Shown here: positions 52,090 to 64,000 of the stretch, piece by piece | Numbering within the stretch: the stretch's first letter is position 1 | How the letters are laid out: each line of letters begins with the position of its first letter | Notes under the pieces: generated by a model | Seen by the model: the letters and a program-made list of their open reading frames with translations, nothing else | Told to the model about the DNA's origin: nothing | The model's database searches: none | Made by a program: the position numbers and the translations under genes | DNA from: Camelus ferus | Lineage: Eukaryota | Length of the DNA: 64,000 nt | Assembly (NCBI RefSeq): GCF_009834535.1 | Contig: NC_045697.1 | Location: 42,472,001-42,536,000 of the forward strand | Reading direction: 5' to 3'

Positions 52090-52417
52090 TTTTAAACAAC
52101 AGAAATTTATTTTCTCACAGTTCTAGAGGCTAGAAGTCCAAAATCAGGGTGTCTGCATGGTTAGATTCTGGTGCAAGCTCTCTTCCTGGCCTGTAGATGG
52201 TCACTTTCTAGCTATGTCCTCACAAGGCAGAGAGGAGGGGGGAGAGAGAGAGATCTCTATCTCTTCTTATCATATCGGTTTATGGCCTCACCCTTATGAT
52301 CTCCTTTAATTAACCTTAATTACCTTCTAAGGGCTATCTCCAAATATCATCACAGTGGAGGTTAAGACTTTACAACATATAAATTTTGGGGGGGCGGATA
52401 CAGTTCAGTCCATAGGA
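52090..52417 (-). mobile_element. MaLR LTR (MLT1A-like), partial
   Basis: aacaacagaaatttattttctcacagttctagaggctagaagtccaaaatcagggtg...cagttcagtccatag. Confidence 0.88.
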
Positions 52418-52799
52418 GCCACCTAGTAGTAAAATTGCTGGGTTATGTGAAGTCTGCATCTTCAACCTTTCTAGATATTTCCAAAGTGTTTGTAATAATT
52501 GACACACTCACCAGCAAGTGTATAGATGATGGGATATCTTTAACTAAAAGAACTAAAAAAAAATCCCACATGGAAGATAGAAGATACAGTCTTTTTCAAA
52601 TTGCAACTTCTTTTTCCTTTTCTGACAGTATCTGAAAAGTCTTCTTCCAAGTAGCTGTCTAAGCATTGGCTTCTGCCAGTCAGTTCTTCTGTTTGTAGCC
52701 ATGGTACCACACGGAGTGGTCTGTCTGTTCTCATTTTTCACATGAGGTTATAGTCCTTCGATAATGTTCTTCAGCTTTCGAGAGGGCACCTTTTTGATC

Positions 52800-53200
52800 A
52801 CGTTAATTCTCTGTTGATTGCAAGTGATTCAGTTCAGATTAGCTTCATCAGAAAGGGGAAGTTATCAGACTTTTGGGTGTATCCCGGTGCATTCCAGAGG
52901 ATCCAGGGACAGAAATACAGCTGCGTTGTGCAAGGAGAACCCAGAAACCAATGCAGTCAGGTTCCTCTCGGGCTCTCGGCGGCCTGCCTCTCCCGTGCAT
53001 CTGTCTCACTCTCTTTGGGAACTGACTTTCTTTGCGTTTCCATTCTTCTTTGTCGTGGGAAACATGGTCGCCACCACCACCACCCATGCTTTGTATCTTA
53101 TAATTTAGACGCCCAAAGGAAGGCTAACTCTTAAGTACCTAATCCCAAGTGTTCCAGAACAGACTGATTCTTCATTCAGGTTCCCCTGAACACGAGGCTT
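52800..53200 (-). mobile_element. Old MaLR LTR fragment
   Basis: gattgcaagtga...gattagcttcatcagaaagggg...gggaaacatggtcgcc. Confidence 0.6.
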
Positions 53201-53639
53201 AGGGCAGGATCCTTTTAAAGCTCTGCAGTGACTGTCTTGGCATCTTTGTTTCAAAGCCTGTTCTCGAAAAGGATTCGACTTGTTTCTGCTAAAATGCAGA
53301 TGATGAATAACATAGTATTACTCCTTCCAGGTGTATTTGTATTTTAATTGGGTCAAATATTAAGCCAAAGGTGTATTCCAAAACTGTGCAGGAGTGAAAT
53401 CTTGTGTTCCGTTGTATACAAATGATTAAATTAGATGCCAGAAAAGCATTAGGAATTGATAGGCAGAGTTTTAGGGTTCAGAAGGTAGAAGAAACTGAGT
53501 AACCATTTGTGTGGTTAGAGGAAGAGCGCAGAAAGATAGTCAAATACATAGTTCTAAGGTAGCAATGTTACAAAGATTGAATATAGCAAGTAAAAGAAAA
53601 GTCTTTCTGTTTAACTTTTTGAGAAAAGATTGGAAGGTA

Positions 53640-53890
53640 GAAGAAAGGACCATTAGGTTTGGTCCCAGCTCAACTATCAGCTATGATTTTGAGTAAATCA
53701 CTTATTCTCTGTGTACTTCAATTTACTAAGTGCTGTCTGTTTACCAGATATATGACCTTAACTCCTGGACATCAGTTTCTTCATCTTAAAAATGGAGTTG
53801 ATGATAGTGGTACTTCAGAGGGTTCTTGGGAGGAATTAATATATGTTAAGTGTTCAAAACAGTTCCTGGCACATCAGTAATGGCAGCATC
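53640..53890 (+). mobile_element. MIR SINE fragments
   Basis: catcagtttcttcatcttaaaaatggag...aaacagttcctggcacatcagtaa. Confidence 0.75.
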
Positions 53891-54091
53891 AGGTTTTGCA
53901 ATGGGCTGATTAGATTATACGATCGCAGGAGACCCAGCTGACTTTAAAAAGAGAAATCCGTAGTCTGAGCTTCTGATATCAACTTATGTCTTTTTTCAGA
54001 ATAAAAACTTAGACAATCTGGCCGTCTACTTGAGTCCTGCATTGAGGCTAATTTTAGTACTGCCAGTAAAAGTTATTTTGAATTAAGTGTG

Positions 54092-54999
54092 TGTACTAGT
54101 TCTCTGTTGCTGCATGTATTAATTTGTTAAGGTTGCCATAACAAATTACCACAAACTGAGTGGCTTAAACAACAGAAATTTCTCATCTCATCTTCTGCAG
54201 GCTAGAAGTCTGAAATCAAGATGTCAGCAGGATTGGTTGCTTTTGGGATCCCTGAGGAAAAGATCTGCTCCAGGCTGCTTTCCTTTATCTGTAGATAGCT
54301 ATCTTTTCTTCATGTCTCTTCATGTTGTCTTCCCTTTATGTTTGCCTCTTTGTTCAGATTTCTCCTTTTTATAAGGACACCAGTCACATTGGATTAGGGT
54401 CCACCTCACTTTAACTTAATTACCTCTGGAAAGATCCTGTCTCTGAGTAAAGTCACATTCTGAGGTGCTGGGGGTTAGACCTCAACATACGAATTTTGGT
54501 GTGGATACAGTTCAACCCATAGCACTACATAACAAATTACCCTCAAAGTTAGCGACTTAAAATAACAAACGTTCTCTCACAGTTTTTGTAATCAAGAATC
54601 TGAGTGCAGTTTAGCTGGGGCCTCTGGCTCAGGGTCTCTTACAGAGCTGCATTTGACCTGTCCACCAGGGCTGTGGTCTTATCTGAAGGGCCTAGGGGAG
54701 GCTCTGCCGCTAGTCCACTCACATGGTTGTTGGCAGCATTCAGTTCCTCATTGGTTGTTGGGCTGAAGGCCCCAGTTCCTCACGTTGGCTGTTTACCAGC
54801 AGCCTGCTTTAGTTCTTGCCATGTGAGCCTTTTGTTTTTGTAACATAATCTTGGAAGTGGCAACCCATCACTTTTTCCCTGTGCCGTTCACTAGGAGTGA
54901 GTCACTAGGTCCAGTCCACACTCAAGGAGAGAGGATTACACACAGATGTGTATCCCTGGAGGTGTGGGTTATAGGAAGCCATCATTGAAGCTCCCTACA
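54092..54999 (-). mobile_element. MaLR LTR (MLT1F/G-like) hosting a nested LTR
   Basis: tgtactagttctctgttgctgca [insert] taacaaattaccctcaaagttagcgacttaaaataac...ggtccagtccacactcaagg. Confidence 0.85.
54115..54524 (-). mobile_element. MaLR solo LTR (MLT1B/C-like), nested
   Basis: TG...CA termini; near-TSD ctgca (54110-54114) / ctaca (54525-54529). Confidence 0.9.
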
Positions 55000-55730
55000 G
55001 TAGTAAATGAGAATGATGAAAAAAGAAGATAATGCTAAGTGGAAAAAATGCATAAATTTTTAATATTTATTCAGAAACTTCAGTGTTAAACTCTAAGCAG
55101 AAGTTTATCACTCTTGTGCTATATAGCTGTGTAATCAAAAAGTACTCCCCAACCCTTAAAAAAAAAAGGAGAAATGTAACTTTTATTATTTCCCTTTTTT
55201 TTTTTTTTTAAAGCAAAGAGGAGTTAATTTTGTTTCCTTTTATCAAATTTGTTATCTTTTTTGGTCCTGTGTAGAATTCTTCAAGTGCTACTTGACTTCA
55301 CTTTGCTGAGTTGTTAACCTATTATTTCACATAAAGTATCCAAAGGCCTACCCTCATTGTCCTACAATATTTACTGAGTAAGAGGTCGTAGATTATGAAG
55401 ATTAATTTTAATTTTATCAGCTTTTCTGTGGTCACTTTCTACAGCTAAGTTATCAAGTGTGAGAAATTATCAGACATTTGTGAGGATGTTTAATACACCA
55501 GATTGGCTAAGGGAAATGCCCGATTAGTTACTTTTACAGAATGTAGTGGCAGAATCATGTGTACTGCATTCATCAGCTAGCAGTTGTCAATATTTTTATT
55601 GATGGAGAAATACTTGGAAAGTATTATTATGGGTTCATTTTTGTAATCTTTGTTTTGGAAAGCAGTGTAGTTGTGTTTCTGGAAGTGAGATTTGACCTAG
55701 TTGGCATTATCTGTATGAGTTAATCTAAGG

Positions 55731-55734
<4 letters not shown>

Positions 55735-55784
<50 letters not shown>
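55735..55784. repeat. (TG)25 perfect microsatellite
   Basis: Read directly. Confidence 0.97.
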
Positions 55785-55787
<3 letters not shown>

Positions 55788-56934
55788 AGCACATAGAGTA
55801 ACATGGTAAATTTAGTCTAAGAAAACCTCATACTCATTGAGAAAAGACTGTCTTATATAAGTCCATCAGAGTAGATTGAGCATCTACTTCTAAAGCATCT
55901 GATTACATGACTGAATTTTATAAGGAGTTGCTTAATTATAATTACTTGTGAATTACTATAAATATAGATCATAAATTTTTAGTTATTATTAGAAATGATG
56001 AGACTTATTTTTTAAAATTTCACCAAGTTTGGAAGTTAAAGTCATTTCATACTGTACAGAAATTAAATGAACATGAATTCAATAGGATTTTTCTATGATC
56101 TCTCTTTTTGCTTGTTAGCAAGTAGTTCAATAGAAATCATACAAAATTTTCAATTCAGAACTTTCTTTTTATACACAAAGAGTGGACTGGGGAATGCATT
56201 CTTATATTTGAACAAATGGTAATGTTTTTTCTTAGGAAAAAAGGTCTGTTGCATTCATTATGGTGACTTAAGCTCTGAAGATTCTTCATTACCAGGATAT
56301 TGAACTAGAAGTTTTGTTTATAATTTGACTTCTTTTTATTATAAAAACTTCTGGGAATTGATTTATGACTAGATTTTGGGCTTTAGACTCTATGAAGAAA
56401 ATAATGTATGTTTTATGATTTAGAAAACTATTACGCACAGATGAAAGTCTATAGAGTGTTTTCTTTCTGGAAACATTGAGAGAGTTTAAAAATAAAAAGT
56501 TCAGGGAAGGGAACTCAACGCAGTATAAAAAGTGCAAATATGCTTAATGTGTAGCTTAAGTTATAAAATTAAACAAGTTTTTATAATCAGAAAAAAACAA
56601 TTGAAAAGTTAAGTAGCATTAGAGTATTGGGATGTAAAAATTTGTCAGTTTTTATTTATTTCAAGAGATGATTCTTAAAGTTTGAGACTTAGAAATGTAA
56701 ATCATTTTAATCACACTTCATCCTGTGTTGTGACACTTTTTTCTTTTTTTCCCCTTAGAATTTTGTTTTATTGACTAGAGCCTGTGCTTTCTATGACTGT
56801 ATCATCGAGTTGATTTTGACCCTGAATATCTCTTATTCGGCTCTTGTTTCGAGGTCAAATGATGCATCAGTATTTATTGACAGTATGATAACAAATTGTA
56901 TAAATATTAAAAGCAGATATAAGAGTGAAAAAAC

Positions 56935-57190
56935 TGCTGTGTAACATGTATGAAGATTAAGGGCCCAAATTTAGACATATTCCCAGGTTCAAATTATGAT
57001 GTTATCGCTTACAGATATTTGCCTTAGTACTAATTTCTTAATTTCTCTTATTTCCTCACCTGTAAGATGGGTTTATTAATAATATTTAATGGACATTCAT
57101 AAGGGTTAAATGAGATAATGCTTGTAAAGTGCTTAGCACTTTGCCTGGCACATAGTAAAAGCTAAATTCGTGTTAGCTGCCATTTCTTGT
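56935..57190 (+). mobile_element. MIR SINE
   Basis: tttcctcacctgtaagatggg...aaatgagataatgcttgtaaagtgcttagcactttgcctggcacatagtaa. Confidence 0.9.
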
Positions 57191-57365
57191 TATAAGCATC
57201 AGCTGTAAGTCATTTTTACTTCTGTTTTTGAAGGTTAGCATATAAGCAAAATGATGTTCTGCTAATGATAATATATAACACTTACTATTCAGTTGATGAC
57301 ACATTTTACTAGCTTATAGACTTTTTTCAAAAAGTAGAATAGAGGTTACATAAAAGATAAGTTTA

Positions 57366-57652
57366 TTTTTAGTCTTTTGAGGAATCTCCATACTGTTTTC
57401 TACAGTGGCTGCCCCAAACTGCATTCCCACCAGCAGTGTAGGAGGGTTCCCTTTTCTCCACGGCCTCTCCAGCATTTGTCATTTGTGGACTTCTGAATGA
57501 TGGTGGTAGTTTACCGTGAAAAAGAATATGAAAACTAATATATGTATATCCATGTATGACTGAAGCATTGTGGTGTGCACCAGAAATATATACATACACC
57601 AGAAATTAACACAACACTGTAAACTGACTATACTGCAATTAAAAAAAAAAAA
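57366..57652 (+). mobile_element. Young L1 with 5' inversion (inverted ORF2 piece about 57366-57503; sense 3' end about 57504-57652)
   Basis: Antisense ORF2 C-terminal segment fused to a sense 3'UTR with poly(A); near-TSD gataagttta (57356-57365) / gatgagttta (57655-57664). Confidence 0.9.
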
Positions 57653-59329
57653 GTGATGAGTTTAGAGCCATCACGAAAGTTATTGACTAAGAAAGGGGGA
57701 GAAGAAGGGAATGGAGGAGGTAAGTCTGCTGTTTTTGCTGTAGATTGAGGAGAGATTTTGTAGTCACTAAATATATATATATTTTTAAATTGGGGACACT
57801 AGGATGTCAAATTTTCATTTTCTTTTTAAACTGTAGCCACTAGCCGCTCTGTTCTGATTTTTGCTTTGTTTTGACCTGGAGGAAGGGAGTGGGAGTTCTC
57901 TCCCTAGTCTTATAAAGGACTTGTCACACTGGTCTTGTGTTCCCTGTGGTGGGAATGCCTGTTGAGTCTCAGTTTTATTAAGACCGCTACTAAAAGGCAT
58001 CTTTGAGTGTATTGATCTGGTTGTGAGATGACTGGCCGCTTAGTAGCATCCTGAGAAAGCTTAACTCCTCCGTTTAGAAAAAGGATCTACGCTTACGTTG
58101 GGGGAAATAGGGAGTTTAGGAGGAAGTCTCCTGCTTAGGTACATTTACTCCTAATTTGGTCAGACATCAGCTTTACCTTTGCCTGAGCACATTTTTTTTG
58201 TGCTTTATATAAATGAAAATGAAGAAGAGTGCTGGTCTCCTTAAGAGCTTGTGAATTAAAAGTGTTGCAGGACAAAAATGATACAGGAGGAAAGCGAATG
58301 GGGCAGGGGGCGTCTGAAATACAGGCTCTTGGGCTGTTTTATTATCTTCTTTGTGTGTAGTGGGGGAGGAACTTTAAAAAGCCTAACCTAGGATCATATT
58401 TTGAAAGCACAGATTCAAGATTTCTTACCTTAATGAAGGATTGTTATGATGTCTGTATGCTGAAGTAGCATGTGAGTTAAAGAATTATCTGATTTCAAAA
58501 TGTATAGGGAAGGAAGTTCATGTCTTTTTCATTTTATTTTATTTTTTACTTTTTAATTTTTTACCTAATCATTTTGGGTTTATGAATAAAGACTAGAATA
58601 TTTTGGTTCTTTCCCCTTCCAGATAGCTGAAATTATTTGTAATAATCTGCCTTCCCTCCCCCACCCTCCTCCCTTCCCTTCCTTGTGTCTTTCCACATAA
58701 TTTTTGACCTTGCAGTTGATTCTTTTATATTTGGTCTTACTGCATATTTTGTAGGAAGCAGATCATGTATCATGTGTTCATGATGCAAGAACTGTTTTTC
58801 CCCTTACGGTATCTCTAGCTCTTTCTTAACTGTTATAAATTGCCTAGTCCAAAAAACACATAGGAATGAATTTTTGTAGTTACCTCTGAACCAGTCAAAA
58901 TTCAAACTTTATGAGACCAGAGTTAACATTTGGTGTATTTTAAAAAATCTTTTATTACTTAAAAAGTTTTTTAAGGATTTTTATATTCGTCAAACATCTG
59001 TAGATGATCCTGCTATGCCTAAGTGGGCGTTCAGGAATGAGCTTCCTTTTGTGGTCACAAGTTGCTGAAGGAAACTTTTACAAAATATTAACAGAAAGCA
59101 AGCTGTCCTCATGAAAGAATAGCTCTTAGTTTATTGTTGCCGAGGCCCCACTAAAAGGATTATGGTTTTTAAAACAAAATACGGGCTTGTCTTTATCTCC
59201 TGTATTTTGAATGATACATTTTAATTTTTTTCATTTCTTATGCCTGCTAAGAATTACCTTGTTCATTCAGGTTTGTATGTCACAGATATATTGCATCGAT
59301 CCCCTTCCCCTGAATAATAATGATAATAA

Positions 59330-59560
59330 AAATAAATAATACCAATAACAGTGAACTTTGTCTCTTAAGTTTTTGCATGCACTACGTCATTTATTCTTCA
59401 TAACAATCTTATGAGATTATTTCTATTACTATACTAATTTTATGTTGTTAGAAACTGGCACAAGAAGTAACTTGCCCACCGTCACAGGATTAGGCAATGG
59501 CAGAGCCAGGATTCAAACCTAGGAGTCTGCCTCCAGGGCACAGGCGTTTACCTGCTCTAC
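59330..59560 (-). mobile_element. MIR SINE
   Basis: aagtaacttgcccaccgtcacag...ggcagagccaggattcaaacctaggagtctg. Confidence 0.88.
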
Positions 59561-61289
59561 TATCCTGCCTCTCTTGTGCATGAAGGACACCACTCATATC
59601 TTTTCCCTAAAGGACTGTGAAGCATTCTTACTGTATTTGATTTTATGTTTGAAGACAATAGTCTGTGAACATTCATTATATCAAACATAGGCCTCAAATA
59701 TTTTATTCCATTGCTGAGAAAAGTAAGAAAATACATACTAATAAGAAAGTGTTTGGAGCAGAATGATTTGTTCTGTCTTCTCAAGTGACCGTATATAAGT
59801 TAATATTCTATTTTGGGGAAGAATATAGTGATTTGTTAAGTAATTGAATCCTAGGGTTTGCTATGTCCTAACCATATTTTTGATATTTAGTATGCTGATT
59901 TAACTCATTTATTTCCTTTGGAAGTTGTGTACCTGCATAGATGTTCATATTTACCTTTTTTTTTTTTCTCCAGAAAATCATTTTGATACCAAATGCTTTA
60001 GAACTCCACTACAGGAAGTACAGTCAGGCTTCCAGGGCACTGAATGTTTGTAGATCTCCATTCTCCATTTCTTTTTTTGGAGTTGCTTGTACTCTTGTTT
60101 TTGCTTCTCTCTGCCAAGTAGTTTTCTCTGCTTTCTGAAACAGTGTGCAGTGGTCAGTTGTGAGCGTTAGGTTCAGCTAGCTGTCAGCCCCGATAGCTAA
60201 CCATCTTACTATTCTAGGTTCTAACTAGCTGGAGAGAGAATCCATTTGTCTCACGTTGTAAAGTGTGTTCAGAACTGTTCAGTCGGCGTTTGTTGGAAGG
60301 ACCCAGTTATGTGTTCACAATGGTGTTGCCTTTTCAGTGAGTAGGCTAAGGGCAGATTCTCTAAGAAGGGTTTGTGTGTAGGAAGAAAATAAATATCTTT
60401 AGTGTAGTGACTGAAGAAAACCATTATCCGTGAAAACATTTTTGAGATTTTAAGTTTTGATACATTTCAGGGTTATTGATTTAAGTTAGCTCTTTGCTTT
60501 TTCTTACCTTTGTGAGTATAGAGATTTTTGCGGCAAACTAATTTTCCACAACTCACAGTTTACAAATCTGGAATGGGAAATTTTAAGTCTAATTTAATAG
60601 TGGAAAATTGCCCGTTGATTAAATTAATGAATTTTTCAGTCATCCCTTATAGCTGAATTTTGAAGAAGCATACGTCCTTACAAATTTTAAAGTCTTTGAC
60701 ATGTATTCCAGCAAAAAATGTGGTGGCGTTATCCATCCTTTTTACATTATCTTTTGGTTCATTACACTCCTTTCTGCCTTACTTGCCAAAGAGCTGGGTC
60801 TCTGAGAATAATTGGACTGTTTAAGAATTAAAAAGTATGTATACACAGAATTAACAGAAAGTAGAAGATCTTTAAGATTATGTAAGATATATGCAGATAA
60901 TTCACAGATTTTATTTAAAAATTTATAGTTTGCTCCTTTACCATTAATTTACCTTGATATAAGATGTTCTAATGGAGACTGTAAACTCCGTGGGTTGAGG
61001 AAAGATTTGTGCAGTATAACCACAAATTTTCATCCTTGATAACATGAGAAAATTACAGGTTTTATGTTTAAAATATTGGCTATGTAAAATACATTTGTTT
61101 TTAGAGGAAAAAGAAGGAGTTATAGTTTTGTATATCTTTTCCTCTTCACAACCTGGCTAGAGTAGTAACCCATTCTGCGATTTAGCAGTTAGCCTTTTGT
61201 AGACGAGTGGAAAGTTTCTTATTTCTGCTCTAACGAAAATACTAGGAATCTAAAAACAAGTGGAGACTGCCCAATAGTTTCATCCCTCT

Positions 61290-61870
61290 TTTTTTAAACC
61301 AGACTTTGCGTTTTGAAAATTCAAAACATATAGAAAAGCTTAATGAATAATACAGTGTACATCCACATCCCTTTAATCCTGAGTCAACAGTCACCAGTAT
61401 TTCACCACATGCAGTCTCATTGTGTTTATATACATTTCAAGGAGGAGGTGTGACATCGCTGAACCGCTAGAAGGTAATTTGAACCATCATGACACTTCGC
61501 TTGTAAATACTTCAACTCGTACCTCCTAGAAATAAGGACCTTCTTCTCCATGACCACCGTATCATTATCATATATTAGAAGATAACAGAACTTCCATACT
61601 GTCATTTTAAGTTTAGTTCGTATCCAAATGCTCCAGTTGTCTCCGAGATCTCTTTTATAGCTTTTTTCAAACAAATCTGTTTAAAGTCTATACATTACAT
61701 TTCTTATGTCTTTTTATTATTTTAAAAACAAGATTAATTTCCCCATCATTTTTGTTTTTTTTTTCCTTCTTTTCTTTTTTAATGATAGTAACCTTTTGAG
61801 GAGCGTTCAGAACAATCTTTTTGTTGAAATCCAAATCCCGCATGTGTTTCTTCCTTGTATCTGTCCAGTG
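61290..61870 (-). mobile_element. Old L1MC/ME 3' end
   Basis: ttttgaaaattcaaaacatatagaaaag...taaatacttcaactcgtacctcctagaaataaggac. Confidence 0.75.
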
Positions 61871-62454
61871 AAGCTGGGAAATACTTCTGTCCAGGAGCGG
61901 GAAGCTCCATGAGGTATATAAAAAAAATTTCTAGGTAAGTTGAATAGTGACTGGAAGTAGTTATTACTTGGGTTGAGGTTAACAGATGAGAGTAAAGAAA
62001 GGTTTCTCTCAGGTTAATTGAGCTGCAATGGGGAAAGAACAGGAAAGAAAGATGTTAAAGGGACTGCATTAGGCACTGAGGGGTGGTGTCAGGTAGTTAC
62101 TTGATAAAGACAGGAGAGGATTGGAAAGTCACAGTCCACAGCACCTAGAGGGTTAGGTGTTCAATTTCGGGTTGAGCAGTTGAACAGATGAAGAAATCTT
62201 TGAATTTTCTTCACTGACTGGAGACGCAGTGAGCCCAGGTCAGCTTAACTGCTATTGGAAAAGCTACAAAGGTTGTGTGCCTTAGTCCTTTTGTATGTTC
62301 TGAGGTTTCCTACGGAAGTAGAGATGTCATTAGTATATTGTGTATTGCTTCTTGCAAATTTTCGTGGGAAAATTAAGGAGCCATAATTCTATACTCTGGC
62401 TATATCCCTATGTATTAGAATGACTGTGTAGGTACTGAAGTGGGGAGTGCCTAC

Positions 62455-62880
62455 ATACTGTAGTGAGAAGAGTTTCAGAGTTAGAAATCTAAGGCTGAAA
62501 TCTTGTTTTACCATGTGCTAGCTAAGCGTCTTGCTTGAGCACCTTAGCATCTGACTGTTTCCTCCTCTGTGGTGATGAAGCAGTGTGGTGTAAGGGAAAG
62601 AGTGGAGGCTTTGGAGTAGGCAAACCTGTTGCTAAAGCATGCTGGTTCATCTCGTTACTAGCATGTGACCTTGGCTGCTGCTCTTATTCTTTGTGTTCTC
62701 TTTAGGATTAATAATATCAACTTCATATGATTATTATTAGAACTAAAGAGATAGTTTATGTACAGTGCTGAATGTGGAGCCTGAAATATTGTAGGTACTT
62801 GACATACATTGGTTTTCTTCCCACAGGATTATTGGGAGGATCCTGTTAAATGGTCATATAAATGAGAAATCCCTTTGTGC
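62455..62880 (+). mobile_element. Two MIR SINEs, one apparently nested in the other
   Basis: A MIR 5' half ends about 62577; a full MIR runs about 62578-62815; the remainder of the first (cacaggattattgggagg...) follows. Confidence 0.6.
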
Positions 62881-63776
62881 AGAATTAAGTCCTGTACAGG
62901 AAACCTAGCTAATGCCTAGGAAATAGAATATGAATATAGTATTTAGTTATTCCCATTTATTTTACATTGAAGAAATCTCTGCAGTGACAGTTTCCTAAGA
63001 AATATTTTGCAAATGCTGTAAAATAACATTGAAGGAGTCTGCTTCTTAAGGAAATAGAATAAGTGAAAACATTTTGTAATTACTTATGCTTTTGTGTATT
63101 GTAAAATGATTTATTGATCTCTCAGGGCTGTGAACTAAAATCAGCAGGGCTAGGTGAGTATTTATAGCCTGGATGCTTTTGCTTTTTGATGTAGGAATTT
63201 GTTTTATTTTAAAAATTCTTTAATCAGTTTATCTTTGTTCTTTTATAAAGTTTTGCAGTTTGACAGTAAGAAACAATATCTAACTTAGAGAGTTAAGGAC
63301 TATTAATATGTTATCCAATTGGAATTTTAATTTTTGATGAATTGGGAAATGGTGTATGGAATCAACCAAGAGAATCTATCATTAGCACTATGTATTGGTA
63401 AGAACTTCATTAAGAATCTGATTATCTTTTCACCAAAAGACTAAGATGATTTTCCCTTCTCCCATTATTTACAAAATCTAAAGAGGTACACAGCTATGTA
63501 AGCTCAAAGATCTCTAAGCATGTTTCCCAGTGTAATATAAGATAGGTCAAACACTTCCATGTTTGGCTATCATTTAATTCTTTAATTTACTCTCCTTACA
63601 TACTGCTTAAACAACTTCGTTGCATATAAAAGTTCTTGCTGTTCTATTAGCTTTGTATTTACATGCTTAGATTAGACCTATAGGAATCCAAGAAAAGAAC
63701 CCATCTATAAACTGAATTGATCTTTGATAGTCCCTCTCTGTCATTCTCTTCCCCCTCCCCCCAGCACAGACTCAAG

Positions 63777-63777
<1 letters not shown>

Positions 63778-63833
<56 letters not shown>

Positions 63834-63842
63834 TCTATCTAT

Positions 63843-63905
<63 letters not shown>

Positions 63906-63908
63906 TTA
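63778..63908. repeat. Compound (ATTT)n(ATCT)n tetranucleotide microsatellite
   Basis: Read directly; occupies the tail position of the adjacent L1. Confidence 0.95.
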
Positions 63909-64000
63909 CTAAAGTACAGTCAGTTACAGTGTGTCAATTTCTGGTGTACAGCACAATATCCCAGGCATGCATATACATACATATGTTTGTTTTCATATTC
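63905..64000 (-). mobile_element. Young L1 3' end, continues beyond the window
   Basis: aagtacagtcagttacagtgtgtcaatttctggtgtacagcac is the reverse complement of the L1 terminus seen at 20130-20185. Confidence 0.9.

Noticed and set aside
59950..60342. Strong acceptor-like site (poly-T ctccag, AG 59972-59973) with a possible donor near 60337
   Set aside because: The implied exon would be about 360 nt with no coding signal and no match to the mRNA I recall; such sites are common in T-rich introns.
63724..63912. ORF with repeated IYLF/IYLS
   Set aside because: Translation of the tetranucleotide microsatellite.
1..64000. CRISPR arrays, operons, rRNA, intact retrovirus, processed pseudogene or numt
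   Set aside because: No repeat-spacer structure, long ORFs, paired LTRs with gag/pol, or recognisable mRNA- or mitochondrial-derived sequence seen by eye.

Overview
Mammalian, AT-rich, repeat-dense genomic DNA. It is almost certainly camelid: there are two tRNA-Ala-derived SINE copies resembling the camelid vic-1 family, plus L1 3'UTRs of a matching type. No main protein-coding exon is present. The window holds the 5' end of a + strand gene: a CpG-island promoter with non-coding exon 1 (~22185-22641), a 28.9 kb intron 1, and a 94-nt non-coding exon 2 (51509-51602). From recall of the human mRNA 5'UTR I recognise the gene as WDFY3 (ALFY, an autophagy adaptor); its main start codon lies downstream, outside the window. 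The rest is interspersed repeats (L1, L2, MIR, MaLR/ERVL LTRs, hAT DNA elements) and microsatellites. Repeat family calls were made by eye and boundaries are approximate unless a TSD is quoted. I found no evidence of a novel multi-gene system. The most interesting signals are: (1) three overlapping uORFs in exon 1, one in each frame, with a TGATG stop-start overlap; (2) a frame that stays open across the exon 1-exon 2 splice; (3) a ~300 bp cluster of ARE/FOXO/ERR/AP-1 motifs upstream of the promoter; (4) a strong CTCF motif; and (5) several mechanistically readable transposon insertions (twin priming, internal priming, nested LTRs).
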